From the IMG/VR virus record IMGVR_UViG_3300017991_000049, positions 64,001-128,000 of that record: a stretch of DNA of 64,000 bases; one strand, 5' to 3'. The translations under genes and the position numbers were made by a program. Below, in pieces: positions 9,774-19,557 of the stretch; the first letter of the stretch is position 1; each line of letters begins with the position of its first letter. The DNA is from a virus. The notes under the pieces are model-generated. The model saw nothing but the letters and a program-made list of their open reading frames with translations. It did not search any database and had not been told where the DNA came from.

Positions 9774-12587
9774 TTAGCTTGCGGGATTGTGATAGTAGTT
9801 GCCATCGATCTCAACGAGATTCGGTGCATCTAGTGTAACAGTTGCCTCATAGGTAGCGCCACGGTCTTCTGCCGTGCCGGCTGATACGTCGTACAGCTTA
9901 TTGTCCACGGTCCGGTACGCTGTGCCCGCTGTCAGGCGATCCTTACCCGGGAATGGATACGTATCTTCGCTGGAGTCGTTGCTTTCGACTGCGTTCTCGG
10001 ACCATTTTGGTACTGCGTCGCCGTTCTCACGGACCATCTGCTGCCAGCGCGCCTCGTACATGGTGAAGTATTGGGCCTTCATGTCGGCGGTCAGCCGCAT
10101 GTCAAACCACGCTGATTTCACGACGTCGATGTTGCCGGGGCGCCCGGTAGCGTACCACATCGTGTTGAGGTCGATGCCCCAGCGCGTGGTACTCCACGTA
10201 CGCAGTGTGGCTTCATAGGTATGCCCGCTGTTGATAGCAGTACAAGCAGCACTGGTGCCGGCCTTGGCGACCATGCCGCCCGCCGTGGAGTAATAATGCC
10301 CAGAGCACGAGACCACGTCGTTGCGGACCAGGTGCGAACCATAGTTCAACAGGTCACCGTCGATGAAGACGTCGTTGCACAGTGTTGCACCGTCCTCGGT
10401 GAAGAAGTTGACCTGCCGGGTCGTCGCGTCGTCTGGGAACGCATGCATCACTGCGCACTGGACCCAGTGCTTAACGAACTCGGACCGGGTGATGATGTCG
10501 CCCTTGCCCTTGGTATCGAGGACGATGTCGCCCTCTTTCGGCTGTGACGGCGGCGTCGTGCTGACACCGTCCACCTTACCGAGGGCGTCGCCCATCTTCG
10601 TCATCAGGTAGACGTTTCGTCCCCAGCCGACGATCTCCGAGTTCTTGGCCTTCATCACGATGCCGGTATGATAAGCGTGCTCGCCAACAACGTCCCAGGA
10701 ATATAGCGAGTGGCCCTGTGTGCCGTTGACCGGGCTTTCGGATATATCTGAGCGCGACTCGATGAACACGCCGTACGCGCCGCCGCCGTTCGCGCCGAGC
10801 ATGTTCAAGTTCTGCTCGGCTTTGAGCCGTACGTCCGCCTCACTGGCTGAGATGTCCACACTGTTGTGTGCGCGCAGACAGATGTCGCGGCCACCCCAGG
10901 CGATGACGTTACGGCCAGGAGCTAGGAACACATCGCCGGGGCACTCCAGGAAGATGCAGCCGCCGGCCATGCGGATCTCAGAGCCCCAGCCGTCGCCGAT
11001 ACAGACACCGCCCTCGTCGGTGATGGTGAAGTATGCAGTGTTCTTGTAGACCGTAGCGCTGGTCTCTGGTGTACGATGGTCGTACTGGATAGTTTCGGTG
11101 CCCGGGACGTCCAAATACCACTGGCTAGTGCTGTCGAGGTCGGCCCAGGTCGGAATATCCTGGTTGGAGTCGACGTGCGCGTAATCGCCCTCTTCTGGCA
11201 GGTAGAAGTCGTTCTCGTGGTAATGGAACGGGTGCGAGCCTTCCCAGTTGAACAGGTGCGCATGCAGGTCGGGCACCGAGGAGGCCATGAACAGATGGCG
11301 CTCGTCCGCAAGCACACTGCCGCTGACGCCCGGCGTAGGCTGTACTTTGTGCGATGACCCGCCGCCGTAGTAGCCAGAGGCCATGTAGTTCGTGGAATTG
11401 TCGCCATCTTCGGCTGTGACGATCTGGTTGCGCTTTGGTACCGGGATGATCGGGCGCTTGGCCAGCGTGAATCCCAATGCAGAGCGCACGCCCCAGTGGC
11501 CGGACAGCGCAATCTGCTGTTCGTGCAATCCAACAGGCTCGTAGTACGTGTCGCTGTACAGCAACTCGTTCTCTGAGCTACTGTAGTCAGGCGCACACAG
11601 CAGCTTCTTCTGGCCTTGTCCGAGGTAACCGGCGTACGTGCGGAATCGGTGGAACGGCTGCAGATCGTCGTTGGTCGGTTCGATCCGGCCGTACCACGGA
11701 TATGTGTTCTGAATGTTGTCCGCGGTAAGCTCAGCACTGGAGCCAGAATACGGGCTCTCCAGCATACCCTGGTGCTCCCACGGGTAGACTGAGATGCCGT
11801 GGTAGTAGACGGTCTCGCCTTCGTCGTCGTAGACTTCGCGCTCGGTAGGCCCGGCCCACTCCTGGAACTGTTGGCCGGCAACACGGCATAGGCCGTCCCA
11901 GTAGAAGACCCAGATGCCCGTGTACTCGTCGGCGCGCATGAACGACATGTACGAGTCCAGATGCAGCATCACGCCCAGCTCGGACGCTCTGTTGAACTCG
12001 CCGATCTCCATGCTGTCGATAGGCGTACGGCCGGACCAGTCGGTGATACCGCCGTTGAGATCAACGGAGCCGCTATAGGCAGTGCCGCCTAGGCTGAACG
12101 GATACTGCGGGCCGGATTCGACTTTCAGCCCGGTATTGGAGCCCTGGCTGATGATGTCGCCGTAGCACTTCGTGGGATCCCACATGTACACGGGCTCGAC
12201 ACCGATGATGGTGCCGGATGTGCCGTTCGGAAGCCGCATGAAGCGCACATGCGTGCCTGGTACGAGCGTATCAGCATCGTACGCGCCGATCGGTGTGACG
12301 GACGCGCTCATACACTTCGAGCAGTCTATCGCCATATTGCCGCCGTCCGGCAACACTTTGTAGCAGCGAGCCAGCGGGATGCCGTCGATGATGATGCCGA
12401 ACTCTACGCGGCCGTCGGTAGCGAGGTCATGTTGATGACTTTGCCCCGCGCCCATGCTATCTTCGGCGGGACGCTGATCCCCGGCGTGTCCGGGTGAACT
12501 ACGCGTATTCCAATCGTTCGCACGCGCGAGTCTGCCGAGATTCTCAGCAGCGAACGCGGCGCCATGGGCAAACAGTTGTCCAAACAT
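9774..12587 (-). CDS. Large structural protein (937 aa; tail fibre, spike or baseplate candidate)
   Basis: Longest ORF in the structural block. Rich in Gly, Ser, Thr, Tyr and Trp, typical of fibre or spike proteins. Confidence 0.6.
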   Translation of the reverse strand: MFGQLFAHGAAFAAENLGRLARANDWNTRSSPGHAGDQRPAEDSMGAGQSHQHDLATDGRVEFGIIIDGIPLARCYKVLPDGGNMAIDCSKCMSASVTPIGAYDADTLVPGTHVRFMRLPNGTSGTIIGVEPVYMWDPTKCYGDIISQGSNTGLKVESGPQYPFSLGGTAYSGSVDLNGGITDWSGRTPIDSMEIGEFNRASELGVMLHLDSYMSFMRADEYTGIWVFYWDGLCRVAGQQFQEWAGPTEREVYDDEGETVYYHGISVYPWEHQGMLESPYSGSSAELTADNIQNTYPWYGRIEPTNDDLQPFHRFRTYAGYLGQGQKKLLCAPDYSSSENELLYSDTYYEPVGLHEQQIALSGHWGVRSALGFTLAKRPIIPVPKRNQIVTAEDGDNSTNYMASGYYGGGSSHKVQPTPGVSGSVLADERHLFMASSVPDLHAHLFNWEGSHPFHYHENDFYLPEEGDYAHVDSNQDIPTWADLDSTSQWYLDVPGTETIQYDHRTPETSATVYKNTAYFTITDEGGVCIGDGWGSEIRMAGGCIFLECPGDVFLAPGRNVIAWGGRDICLRAHNSVDISASEADVRLKAEQNLNMLGANGGGAYGVFIESRSDISESPVNGTQGHSLYSWDVVGEHAYHTGIVMKAKNSEIVGWGRNVYLMTKMGDALGKVDGVSTTPPSQPKEGDIVLDTKGKGDIITRSEFVKHWVQCAVMHAFPDDATTRQVNFFTEDGATLCNDVFIDGDLLNYGSHLVRNDVVSCSGHYYSTAGGMVAKAGTSAACTAINSGHTYEATLRTWSTTRWGIDLNTMWYATGRPGNIDVVKSAWFDMRLTADMKAQYFTMYEARWQQMVRENGDAVPKWSENAVESNDSSEDTYPFPGKDRLTAGTAYRTVDNKLYDVSAGTAEDRGATYEATVTLDAPNLVEIDGNYYHNPAS

Positions 12588-12640
12588 ATTCTCACCGACA
12601 TGGTCCTATACCCTAGAGACAATTCTCCGAGCGGGCGACG

Positions 12641-13102
12641 TTACGAAACTGCGTATGTCATCCAGAGGAAGACGAAACCGAGTTGCTCGTTGACGACCAT
12701 GTCCTGCGCTGCGACAGATCCGCCATAACTGTTGATGATCACGTGCTGCATGACCACCGTTACTGTGGCACCAGACGGACCGCCTTGGCATTCCGCGTCC
12801 ATGGCAACCGTCAACGAGTTTCCGTCGCTGTAGCAGACGTTTCCGTATTTCAGGAAGAACGCAGCTGCCAGTGCGGATGGGCCCATCACACGCGACATGG
12901 AGCCTTGGCCCTGTGTACGGCCGCCGACCAGCACAATGTCCGTGGAGGTCACGTCGTAGAGCCGCGTGATGTTCTGGATGTAATTCCACATCAAGTTCTG
13001 GACCAGGAGCCCAGTGTACTTCGAGTCGAACGTAATGGAGGCGCCGTCTGCGCTGAATGCGCCGCCGTACGTGACATCATTTGAAAACATGTCGGTAGCC
13101 AT
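12641..13102 (-). CDS. Hypothetical structural protein (153 aa)
   Basis: Complete ORF in the structural operon. Confidence 0.5.
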   Translation of the reverse strand: MATDMFSNDVTYGGAFSADGASITFDSKYTGLLVQNLMWNYIQNITRLYDVTSTDIVLVGGRTQGQGSMSRVMGPSALAAAFFLKYGNVCYSDGNSLTVAMDAECQGGPSGATVTVVMQHVIINSYGGSVAAQDMVVNEQLGFVFLWMTYAVS

Positions 13103-13187
13103 TAGGGCGACCTCCTATACGCAATGACTTGTTACTACTATCTATCCCCGCCACCAGCCGGACCTTCAAGCGCCGTCCGGCAGAGCG

Positions 13188-13841
13188 CTAACACAAGCCC
13201 GCACCTCCGCAGTCCGGTATGTATGTCTCGAAGATCTGCGACAAACGTACGTCCGTAGGCGCATGCTCGCGGGTTTGCCATGCCTCGTTCCAGCCGTAAG
13301 CGACCGTGACCGGCACGACATAGCTCTTGGTCGTCTCCTCGATCTGGCTCAATGCGCCGACGTCAACCAGCTCGAACTGGAGCAGGTTGAAGCTGCTACG
13401 GAACACCTCGCCGAAATGCATCAGGAAGCGGTACGTCTCGGCTACCAGGATCTCCGCCTCGCCGCCCTCTGGCGATATGCAGAACAGCGTGTGGCTGCCG
13501 CGCCAGAGTTTGACGTACTGCGGATTGCCATCGACGGTACCTGTCTTGCCGCCGAGTGTCAGCCGCTTCATGTGTTTCCATCCGTTACGCTTGACCACGA
13601 TGCCCGGACGATTCTGTGTGCGCGTTGGCGTCCACACATTGGCGTCCTCGATCAGGATGCCTGTCGTGTCCTCGTTGCCCGTAGTCTGCGTGAACAGGCG
13701 CTCCCGGAACACGCCCTGCTCAATGTTGTCCTCCGATGCAAAATGTTCACGTAGGAGCAGCAGGAACAGGCCCGTCATGATCTGCGGGCGCGGCCCTAGC
13801 GTGCACAGGTTGCTTTCGTGGTATGTCCTATCTTCCGGCAT
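13188..13841 (-). CDS. Hypothetical structural protein (217 aa)
   Basis: Complete ORF. GGAGG-type Shine-Dalgarno upstream. Confidence 0.5.
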   Translation of the reverse strand: MPEDRTYHESNLCTLGPRPQIMTGLFLLLLREHFASEDNIEQGVFRERLFTQTTGNEDTTGILIEDANVWTPTRTQNRPGIVVKRNGWKHMKRLTLGGKTGTVDGNPQYVKLWRGSHTLFCISPEGGEAEILVAETYRFLMHFGEVFRSSFNLLQFELVDVGALSQIEETTKSYVVPVTVAYGWNEAWQTREHAPTDVRLSQIFETYIPDCGGAGLC

Positions 13842-13994
13842 TCTTCGGGCCCTTTATCGGCAGGAAGGATGGCTCGCGCATCAGCTCCTGATCGATCAAT
13901 GAGATCGAATCGAGCGGCGGGACCCAGTTATTGATGCTGAGCGTCGGAAGGAGCGGATTGCGCTCCTTCTCCTCTGGTTCCTTAGGCTCAGTCA

Positions 13995-14804
13995 TCAGCT
14001 TCCCTCCTCTGGATCTACAGTGTAGATGATATCACCGAACTCAGCCAGCCGCAGCTCTGCACGCACGATTATGGGCACTCTGCCCAGCTCGGCAAGCGTC
14101 TGCACTTGGCCGATAACATAGCGACGATCGCTATTGGCGTCGATCCACACGTCGTTCCGATGGAGCATCGGCACGCCGACGAACGAACCGGCCAATGTGA
14201 CATCATTGACAGTACCCTTCTCCGAGCGCTTCGTGTCGTTGCCCTCGGGCGTCAGGTCGTACATCGTGTTCTCGGTGGCCTTCCAGTACCCGTCGACCTT
14301 GCCGGTGCCGTGGCAGACGGCGCAGTCGGAGTTCAGGATGCCGCCCGTGATCGGGTCGACGCAGCCGGTCTCAGTACAGGCCGTGCCGTACAGCTTGCGC
14401 TTCATCAGGTAGCCAGGAAGCCGATCAAGGCCGCGTGGCGTAAGTAGTTGCCGGCGGATGATTGCACGCGCTTGAAGCCACTGGCGCTTAGACAGGTTGC
14501 CGAGTACCTGTGCGTTCTCGCTCGTGTATGTCTCCCACGGCGTCGTGAGCACGACCCGGTACGCCGTACGCAGCGACTTGGCGTGCTGGCGCTGGCTGTC
14601 GTCGAGGGCGTAGTACGTGTTGCGCACCGACGAGCCGACGTTGGACCAGGTGCCGCCACCGTCCTGGTTGACCTGGAGCTGGAAGTCCCAAGGCAACGGA
14701 TCGAGCAGATCTTCACGTACCTCCCACGTGATGCGGGCTCCGCCGGTCATGGCGTAGTCCACATAGATCCGCTTGATGCCGTCTTCGCTCTTGGTTAGTG
14801 GCAT
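13995..14804 (-). CDS. Hypothetical protein with a CxxC zinc motif (269 aa)
   Basis: CAVCHGTGK plus an upstream cysteine pair. Its start codon is immediately preceded by the AT-rich palindromic motif. Confidence 0.55.
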   Translation of the reverse strand: MPLTKSEDGIKRIYVDYAMTGGARITWEVREDLLDPLPWDFQLQVNQDGGGTWSNVGSSVRNTYYALDDSQRQHAKSLRTAYRVVLTTPWETYTSENAQVLGNLSKRQWLQARAIIRRQLLTPRGLDRLPGYLMKRKLYGTACTETGCVDPITGGILNSDCAVCHGTGKVDGYWKATENTMYDLTPEGNDTKRSEKGTVNDVTLAGSFVGVPMLHRNDVWIDANSDRRYVIGQVQTLAELGRVPIIVRAELRLAEFGDIIYTVDPEEGS

Positions 14805-14807
14805 TGA

Positions 14808-14829
14808 ATTTTATTCATGAGATCAAAGT
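14808..14829. promoter_or_regulatory. AT-rich near-palindromic motif, site 1 (ATTTTATTCATGAGATCAAAGT), 3 nt from the start codon of 13995..14804
   Basis: A 22-bp AT-rich island in GC-rich DNA. Shares the ATTTTG-N10-CAAAAT architecture and TCATGA centre with sites 2 and 3. Confidence 0.5.
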
Positions 14830-14832
14830 TGA

Positions 14833-15816
14833 CTACCAGCGCCACATGCCGAAGCGCCCGTACCGGCCGCCGAAGGTACCGAAGCCGCGCTGCGCATTCA
14901 TCTGCGCCTTCTGGTGCATGACCATCTTCTTGAACTGCGCGTACTCGTCCTTCCAGGCCGAGTTGTACTCCCGATGCCGGTTCTTGTCGTCGGTCGTGGT
15001 GCCGCCAGCGCTGTGCTTGAAATGGTTACGGCGGTAGTGCTCTTCGGCCATCTGGAACAGGAACAGCTTGGTGCCGGCCGTCCAGATCTCTCTGAACGGG
15101 AACGTGAACGTCGAGTAGTTCGCCGCGTTCATGATCGGCGGCTGCTCGTTCCAGAAGTTGACCGTCCGGATCGCCGCATGGCAGATCTCCACGACACCGA
15201 AGTCGTAGTTCTCCAGCAGCTCGTTCTCGTACGGGCTGTTGTCACGGAGCGCCAGGCGCATGTCGTCGACCAGTGGTGGGCCGTTGTACGTGCTGTCGCC
15301 GCAGCAGGTCCACGCCGAATGCTCCATGTAGATGTAGACCTCGTCGGTGAACAGCAGCTCGCCGTCGGAGTTGATCGCCCCAGCTTCTGCAAACCAAATA
15401 CCAGGCTGCGTCATGACCTGGGACGGTACGACACACATGATGATGCCGTCCGCGGCAGACAGCACCGCGGCCTGGATCTGGTACGTGGTCGGGATCTTCA
15501 TCGACGCCTCGCGGAAGCGCACCATGACATGGCCATAGGTGGGGCTGGCGCTAGAGCTCGAGCTGGAGTCCAGCATCTCGAGCCCGGCGCTGCCTGAAAT
15601 GCCATAGCTGGACAGATTGACGCCGTTGCCGTCGCGATCGCGCATGATCATGCGCAAATAGACGGTCGTACCCTCTCTGGCCTTGCACGCACGCTTCTTG
15701 GTCAGCAGCTGCTCGTCGAACGCCTCGCTGATCTCCGGGATCAGGATGTCGAGGTCGTTGCACGTCTGCAGCTCGTAGGCTGTGCGCAGCCAAATCGGTG
15801 TAGCATTAACAGGCAT
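14833..15816 (-). CDS. Hypothetical structural protein (327 aa)
   Basis: Complete ORF, Trp- and Tyr-rich. Confidence 0.55.
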   Translation of the reverse strand: MPVNATPIWLRTAYELQTCNDLDILIPEISEAFDEQLLTKKRACKAREGTTVYLRMIMRDRDGNGVNLSSYGISGSAGLEMLDSSSSSSASPTYGHVMVRFREASMKIPTTYQIQAAVLSAADGIIMCVVPSQVMTQPGIWFAEAGAINSDGELLFTDEVYIYMEHSAWTCCGDSTYNGPPLVDDMRLALRDNSPYENELLENYDFGVVEICHAAIRTVNFWNEQPPIMNAANYSTFTFPFREIWTAGTKLFLFQMAEEHYRRNHFKHSAGGTTTDDKNRHREYNSAWKDEYAQFKKMVMHQKAQMNAQRGFGTFGGRYGRFGMWRW

Positions 15817-15827
15817 TGGCTAGCTCC

Positions 15828-17672
15828 TTACGAGGAGACGACGACATCTTGTGTATCCGGGCCGTACTCTCCCTGCTTGTAGTAAACGAAGGTGTACGTA
15901 TCGGCGTTGAGTCGGAACTCGTTCTCAAAGCGGCCGTTGGCATCGGTACGCGTCTCAGCGCGCACGTAGTTGCGCGTGCGGTTGCCGGCGTCGTAGTCGG
16001 TCTTGAGGTACGCCTGGACGGTAGCGTCGTCGACGGCCTGACCGCCATCAACGATGTAGGCCAGGTTGTCCGTGCCGCCGTAGTCATGGTCGACCGAAAT
16101 CGAGCCGACGCCACTGAAGCAGATCGATGCCCAGTTGGCGTCGCCGTGGGTAAGGATGTGCTCGTGCGCACAGCAGCAGGGCCACGTACGCGGCAAGCCA
16201 CATGTGAGTGCGGCAGTTGTGCCGTACCAGCAGTTGACGTTGACGCACGGCATACCGATACCGCATGCGGCTGTGCAGTTCCACAGCGACACATCCACTG
16301 CCGGAATACCAAATCCGGAGACCGGTCCCTGGTCCCAGCAGCAAACGTTGACGCTCGGGTATCCTCCGACGCCCTGGGCTGTCTGTGCGTACCACTTACA
16401 AACATCAGTTTGAAGAAGGTAGCAGCCCGGCGTATCTGAGGCAGACGCGCGCACCAGATAGCCAGCACATTCCACGGCGTTCACTACGACACACGGAAAG
16501 CCACCGAGGTCGCCCTCAGCGGTATTGCCGCGCCACTCTTCGACGTTGACGTTGGGCAGTCCTGAAACTGGATCGCCCGCAACGGCGACACCGTCCCAGT
16601 AGCAGACGTCGACGACCGGGACGCCGTTCGTGTTCACGGCATGCAATATCTGGCCGTTCCAGAGGCAGACGTCGGTGCACGGGAAGCCGTTGGCGCCCTT
16701 GGCTGTCGTGCCTTTCCATTCCGCCACGTCGACCTTCGGGAATCCGTTGATATCGATCGTGCCGCATACTTGTGTCGTGCGCCACTCCTTGACATTGACA
16801 TCCACAGTGCCACCGCTGGAAGTCTGCGACATGCTATCGCACTCTTTCCACTTCCATACCTGCATCATCGGCAGGGTTTTACCTGCCGCTGCGCCCGTAG
16901 CGCCGACGCTGGAACAGACATCGCCGCCGAGCCACTCGCAGACGTTGACGTTCGGAATACCGTTTGTATCGGACGCGACGAGTTGGGTCAGCCACTCCCT
17001 GACATTGACATCCACCGTACCGCCGCTGGAAGTCTGCGACATGCTCTCGCAGTTCTTCCACTTGCAGACCTGGATCATCGGCAGCGACTTACCGTTGCCA
17101 ATACCCAGTGTGCCGCACGTAGAGCAGACATCGCGGCCATTCCAGCACTCGACGTTGACCGGGATGTTCGGATTGGCCGCGAGGTTGGAGTAGCACCAGC
17201 ACGTGACGTTCACGCACGGACGGAAGCCGGTGACCAGGTTGTTGCTCTCCCACGCGCACACATTGACCATCGGCATCGCATCGCCGCCGAATGTGTGCGG
17301 CGTCATGACGTCAACACCCTGCCATTGGCAGACATTACCGGCCGGGATTTCGCGCAGCGATGAGATAATACCTATGGCGGTATCGGCGCCGTTGTCCGAC
17401 TGCAAGTGAACCTTGACATTGGTGCCACTTGGGACAGTGAATTGTTCACTGTGCATCTGGCCTTCTGCTGCGCCAAAGCTCGCCGTTGGCTCATGCAGAT
17501 GTAGCGGAACGCCAGCGACGCACACATCCATGGTCATGACATCGCCAGCCGGCGCGAGCGCTAAACAAACGACGGCCTCGTAGATCCCGTCGTCAGTTGG
17601 TGTATAACTGAGCAACTGACACCACGACGAGATATCCTTCGTCCCAGAATTACTGCAGCGTTGGATATACAT
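15828..17672 (-). CDS. Tandem-repeat protein with ~14 copies of a ~20-aa Trp/Cys repeat (614 aa; fibre or adhesin-like)
   Basis: Repeats follow the pattern G-[FIVLM]-P-x-V-[DN]-V-x-x-W-x-G, for example GFPKVDVAEWKG, GLPNVNVEEWRG and GIPAVDVSLWNC. Confidence 0.6.
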   Translation of the reverse strand: MYIQRCSNSGTKDISSWCQLLSYTPTDDGIYEAVVCLALAPAGDVMTMDVCVAGVPLHLHEPTASFGAAEGQMHSEQFTVPSGTNVKVHLQSDNGADTAIGIISSLREIPAGNVCQWQGVDVMTPHTFGGDAMPMVNVCAWESNNLVTGFRPCVNVTCWCYSNLAANPNIPVNVECWNGRDVCSTCGTLGIGNGKSLPMIQVCKWKNCESMSQTSSGGTVDVNVREWLTQLVASDTNGIPNVNVCEWLGGDVCSSVGATGAAAGKTLPMMQVWKWKECDSMSQTSSGGTVDVNVKEWRTTQVCGTIDINGFPKVDVAEWKGTTAKGANGFPCTDVCLWNGQILHAVNTNGVPVVDVCYWDGVAVAGDPVSGLPNVNVEEWRGNTAEGDLGGFPCVVVNAVECAGYLVRASASDTPGCYLLQTDVCKWYAQTAQGVGGYPSVNVCCWDQGPVSGFGIPAVDVSLWNCTAACGIGMPCVNVNCWYGTTAALTCGLPRTWPCCCAHEHILTHGDANWASICFSGVGSISVDHDYGGTDNLAYIVDGGQAVDDATVQAYLKTDYDAGNRTRNYVRAETRTDANGRFENEFRLNADTYTFVYYKQGEYGPDTQDVVVSS

Positions 17673-17704
17673 GGTCTGTCCATCCTTGGACTAAAGTGCG
17701 TTAG

Positions 17705-18697
17705 CTATGGTCCGCCCGACGCTGCTACGCCCTGTGGAATCATGTGCCGATACTGCACCGGCCACATCAAACTCCACCGCTCGGGGCTGTTGTTTACCGG
17801 GAAGATAATGCACGTCTGCATGTGGCCGATGACTCCGACTTGTACAGGCGCAAAACCGGCTTGGCGTGCTGCACTATTGAAATAGGAGCACTCACAATGC
17901 GTCCGCTCCGAACGCGTCGGATCTTTGCCCATGTTCCACCACACGCCACGTGTGACGTTGCCGATCTGCTGCAAGCAGCGTAGCGACACGCGGAAGCACG
18001 CGGCGGCGAAGTTGCCGGGACCACTATGGCCACGGCCGCCTTGCGCACCGACATGGCCGCAGTAAACCAAATCGCCTACGGCTGTCAGCAGGTTCTCAGT
18101 CTCTCCGCACGGTACCATATCTGCGTCGAGCATAATCAGGTACTGCTTGCCGCGCGGCACGTCGTGGGCCAGGAACTCTCGCGTGACTCTGTTCCTAGTT
18201 ACGTCGACGTCGTACGAGTCGTGGGCACGTCGCCAAAGCAGGCCCTTCGTCGACAACCATTGCGCCAGGAACTCGTTTGGGTCGCCTAGGACGACGACCT
18301 GCATCTCTTCCAGCTTAGGCGCTTCCGGCGCCGGCATATTGCACGGATACGGGGGCGCTTCCGGTACCTGCACTGCGCCTTGTGGTGGCTGCGGCTGCTG
18401 TGGCTGCGGCGCTTGGCCCATGGATTGCTCCAACTGCGGCTGCAGATACGGCGCCGGATTCAACGGACCGCGCTGCTGTTGCTGTTGGTTCACCTGGCCG
18501 TAGCCAGGGATGGGTTGCTGCGCTACCATGCCTTGAGGTTGGCCTCCTGTTGCTGGCACCATTACAGGCTGTGGCTGCGCCGGCGCTTCACTGTGAACAG
18601 GACTATCGGTTGCTGGCGTGGCTTTCACGCCGTTGGCTTCTTGCTCTTGCTTCGGACAAGGGCATCCGCCAGGGCTCTCCTGGGGGAGTCCAAGCAT
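17705..18697 (-). CDS. Gln/Pro-rich N-terminus plus globular C-domain with a DxD-like motif (330 aa)
   Basis: QPQPPQ-rich N-terminus. The C-terminal part carries LIMLDADM, a possible GT-A-like DxD motif (weak). Confidence 0.45.
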   Translation of the reverse strand: MLGLPQESPGGCPCPKQEQEANGVKATPATDSPVHSEAPAQPQPVMVPATGGQPQGMVAQQPIPGYGQVNQQQQQRGPLNPAPYLQPQLEQSMGQAPQPQQPQPPQGAVQVPEAPPYPCNMPAPEAPKLEEMQVVVLGDPNEFLAQWLSTKGLLWRRAHDSYDVDVTRNRVTREFLAHDVPRGKQYLIMLDADMVPCGETENLLTAVGDLVYCGHVGAQGGRGHSGPGNFAAACFRVSLRCLQQIGNVTRGVWWNMGKDPTRSERTHCECSYFNSAARQAGFAPVQVGVIGHMQTCIIFPVNNSPERWSLMWPVQYRHMIPQGVAASGGP

Positions 18698-18719
18698 TCT
18701 TCACCTTCCTTTCAACAAG

Positions 18720-18989
18720 TTACTCGGGATCAGGCTCGGGGTCGGTCGCCATCTCTTCGACGTCGATGCCGCCGTATTTCAAGGCCATCGCCTTGATGTC
18801 GCCGTAGAAGTCGCGCAGGTCAGCCGCATCGTCGCCAAACTCAGCCAAAAGCGCAGCGCGCGTGTGCTGCTTGATGAGCCGGTTGATCTGGGCCAATGCG
18901 CCTGTGGCCTGACGGCTCACGCGCGTGACGATCTGGCGGATCTGGTTGGCGCCATCGGCAGCGGAATCTCGGGGGGCTACAAGTGTCAT
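18720..18989 (-). CDS. Small hypothetical protein (89 aa)
   Basis: Complete ORF, hydrophilic. Confidence 0.4.
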   Translation of the reverse strand: MTLVAPRDSAADGANQIRQIVTRVSRQATGALAQINRLIKQHTRAALLAEFGDDAADLRDFYGDIKAMALKYGGIDVEEMATDPEPDPE

Positions 18990-19105
18990 CGAAAGCTCCT
19001 TGTATGTATAGTCAAGCCGTTAGCTGGCTGCTTCCAGTCTATCAAAAAATAAGGCGGCGGCACATGCCGCCGCCTTTGGTAACGACGCTAAGACTCGGAA
19101 AACAC

Positions 19106-19513
19106 TTACTGCGTGGCGAGGCCGGTGCCATCGTCCGTGCAGGCAATGCTTTCGGAGCTGTAAGATCCCCAGCACGGGTCGGCTTGGACAAAGTCGCCGT
19201 CGACCAGCGTGATGATCTTGGTTTCGTCCTGTGTGGCATCGTACAGGTGCACTGCCGGGGTGTTGACAAGTGCCAAGACCTGGGCATACGTGCTATCCCC
19301 TGCGAGCGCCACCTGGAGCGAACGACGAGCGCGGTCATTCGGCGTGAACCGAGTGAGCCAGTGCTGGATGTCGCCCCAGACGGTCATCTCTTCGCCACAT
19401 GCCAGCCTGCGGCCGTGAGGCGGCAGGAAGCCGAAGAATTTCTCCGACGTCGACACGTTTCGGACGGTCGAGTAAAGGCACTCGACAGCCGTTGGGGTTG
19501 CAAGAAGTGCCAT
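19106..19513 (-). CDS. Hypothetical protein (135 aa)
   Basis: Complete ORF. AGGGGA Shine-Dalgarno 7 nt upstream, embedded in the recurring GCAAACCC..TATAGG element. Confidence 0.5.
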   Translation of the reverse strand: MALLATPTAVECLYSTVRNVSTSEKFFGFLPPHGRRLACGEEMTVWGDIQHWLTRFTPNDRARRSLQVALAGDSTYAQVLALVNTPAVHLYDATQDETKIITLVDGDFVQADPCWGSYSSESIACTDDGTGLATQ

Positions 19514-19518
19514 CGTTT

Positions 19519-19536
19519 ATTCCCCTATAAAGGGTT
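19519..19536. promoter_or_regulatory. Second copy of the GCAAACCC..TATAGG element (plus strand CCCCTATAAAGGGTTTGC)
   Basis: Shares GGGTTTGC plus a TATA(A/G)GGG core with the 244-270 element. Immediately upstream of the start of 19106..19513 and embeds its Shine-Dalgarno sequence. Confidence 0.35.
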
Positions 19537-19557
19537 TGCTTGTTGGGTTCCGGCTGG

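Noticed and set aside
14914-15597. Plus-strand ORFs of 100-300 aa embedded antisense in minus-strand genes throughout the window (for example 14914..15597, 15816..16439, 16641..17363, 46967..47851, 57548..58432, 58251..58988, 33825..34667)
   Set aside because: Every one is fully contained in a longer, more protein-like minus-strand ORF. None has an independent intergenic start region. Treated as GC-driven shadow ORFs.
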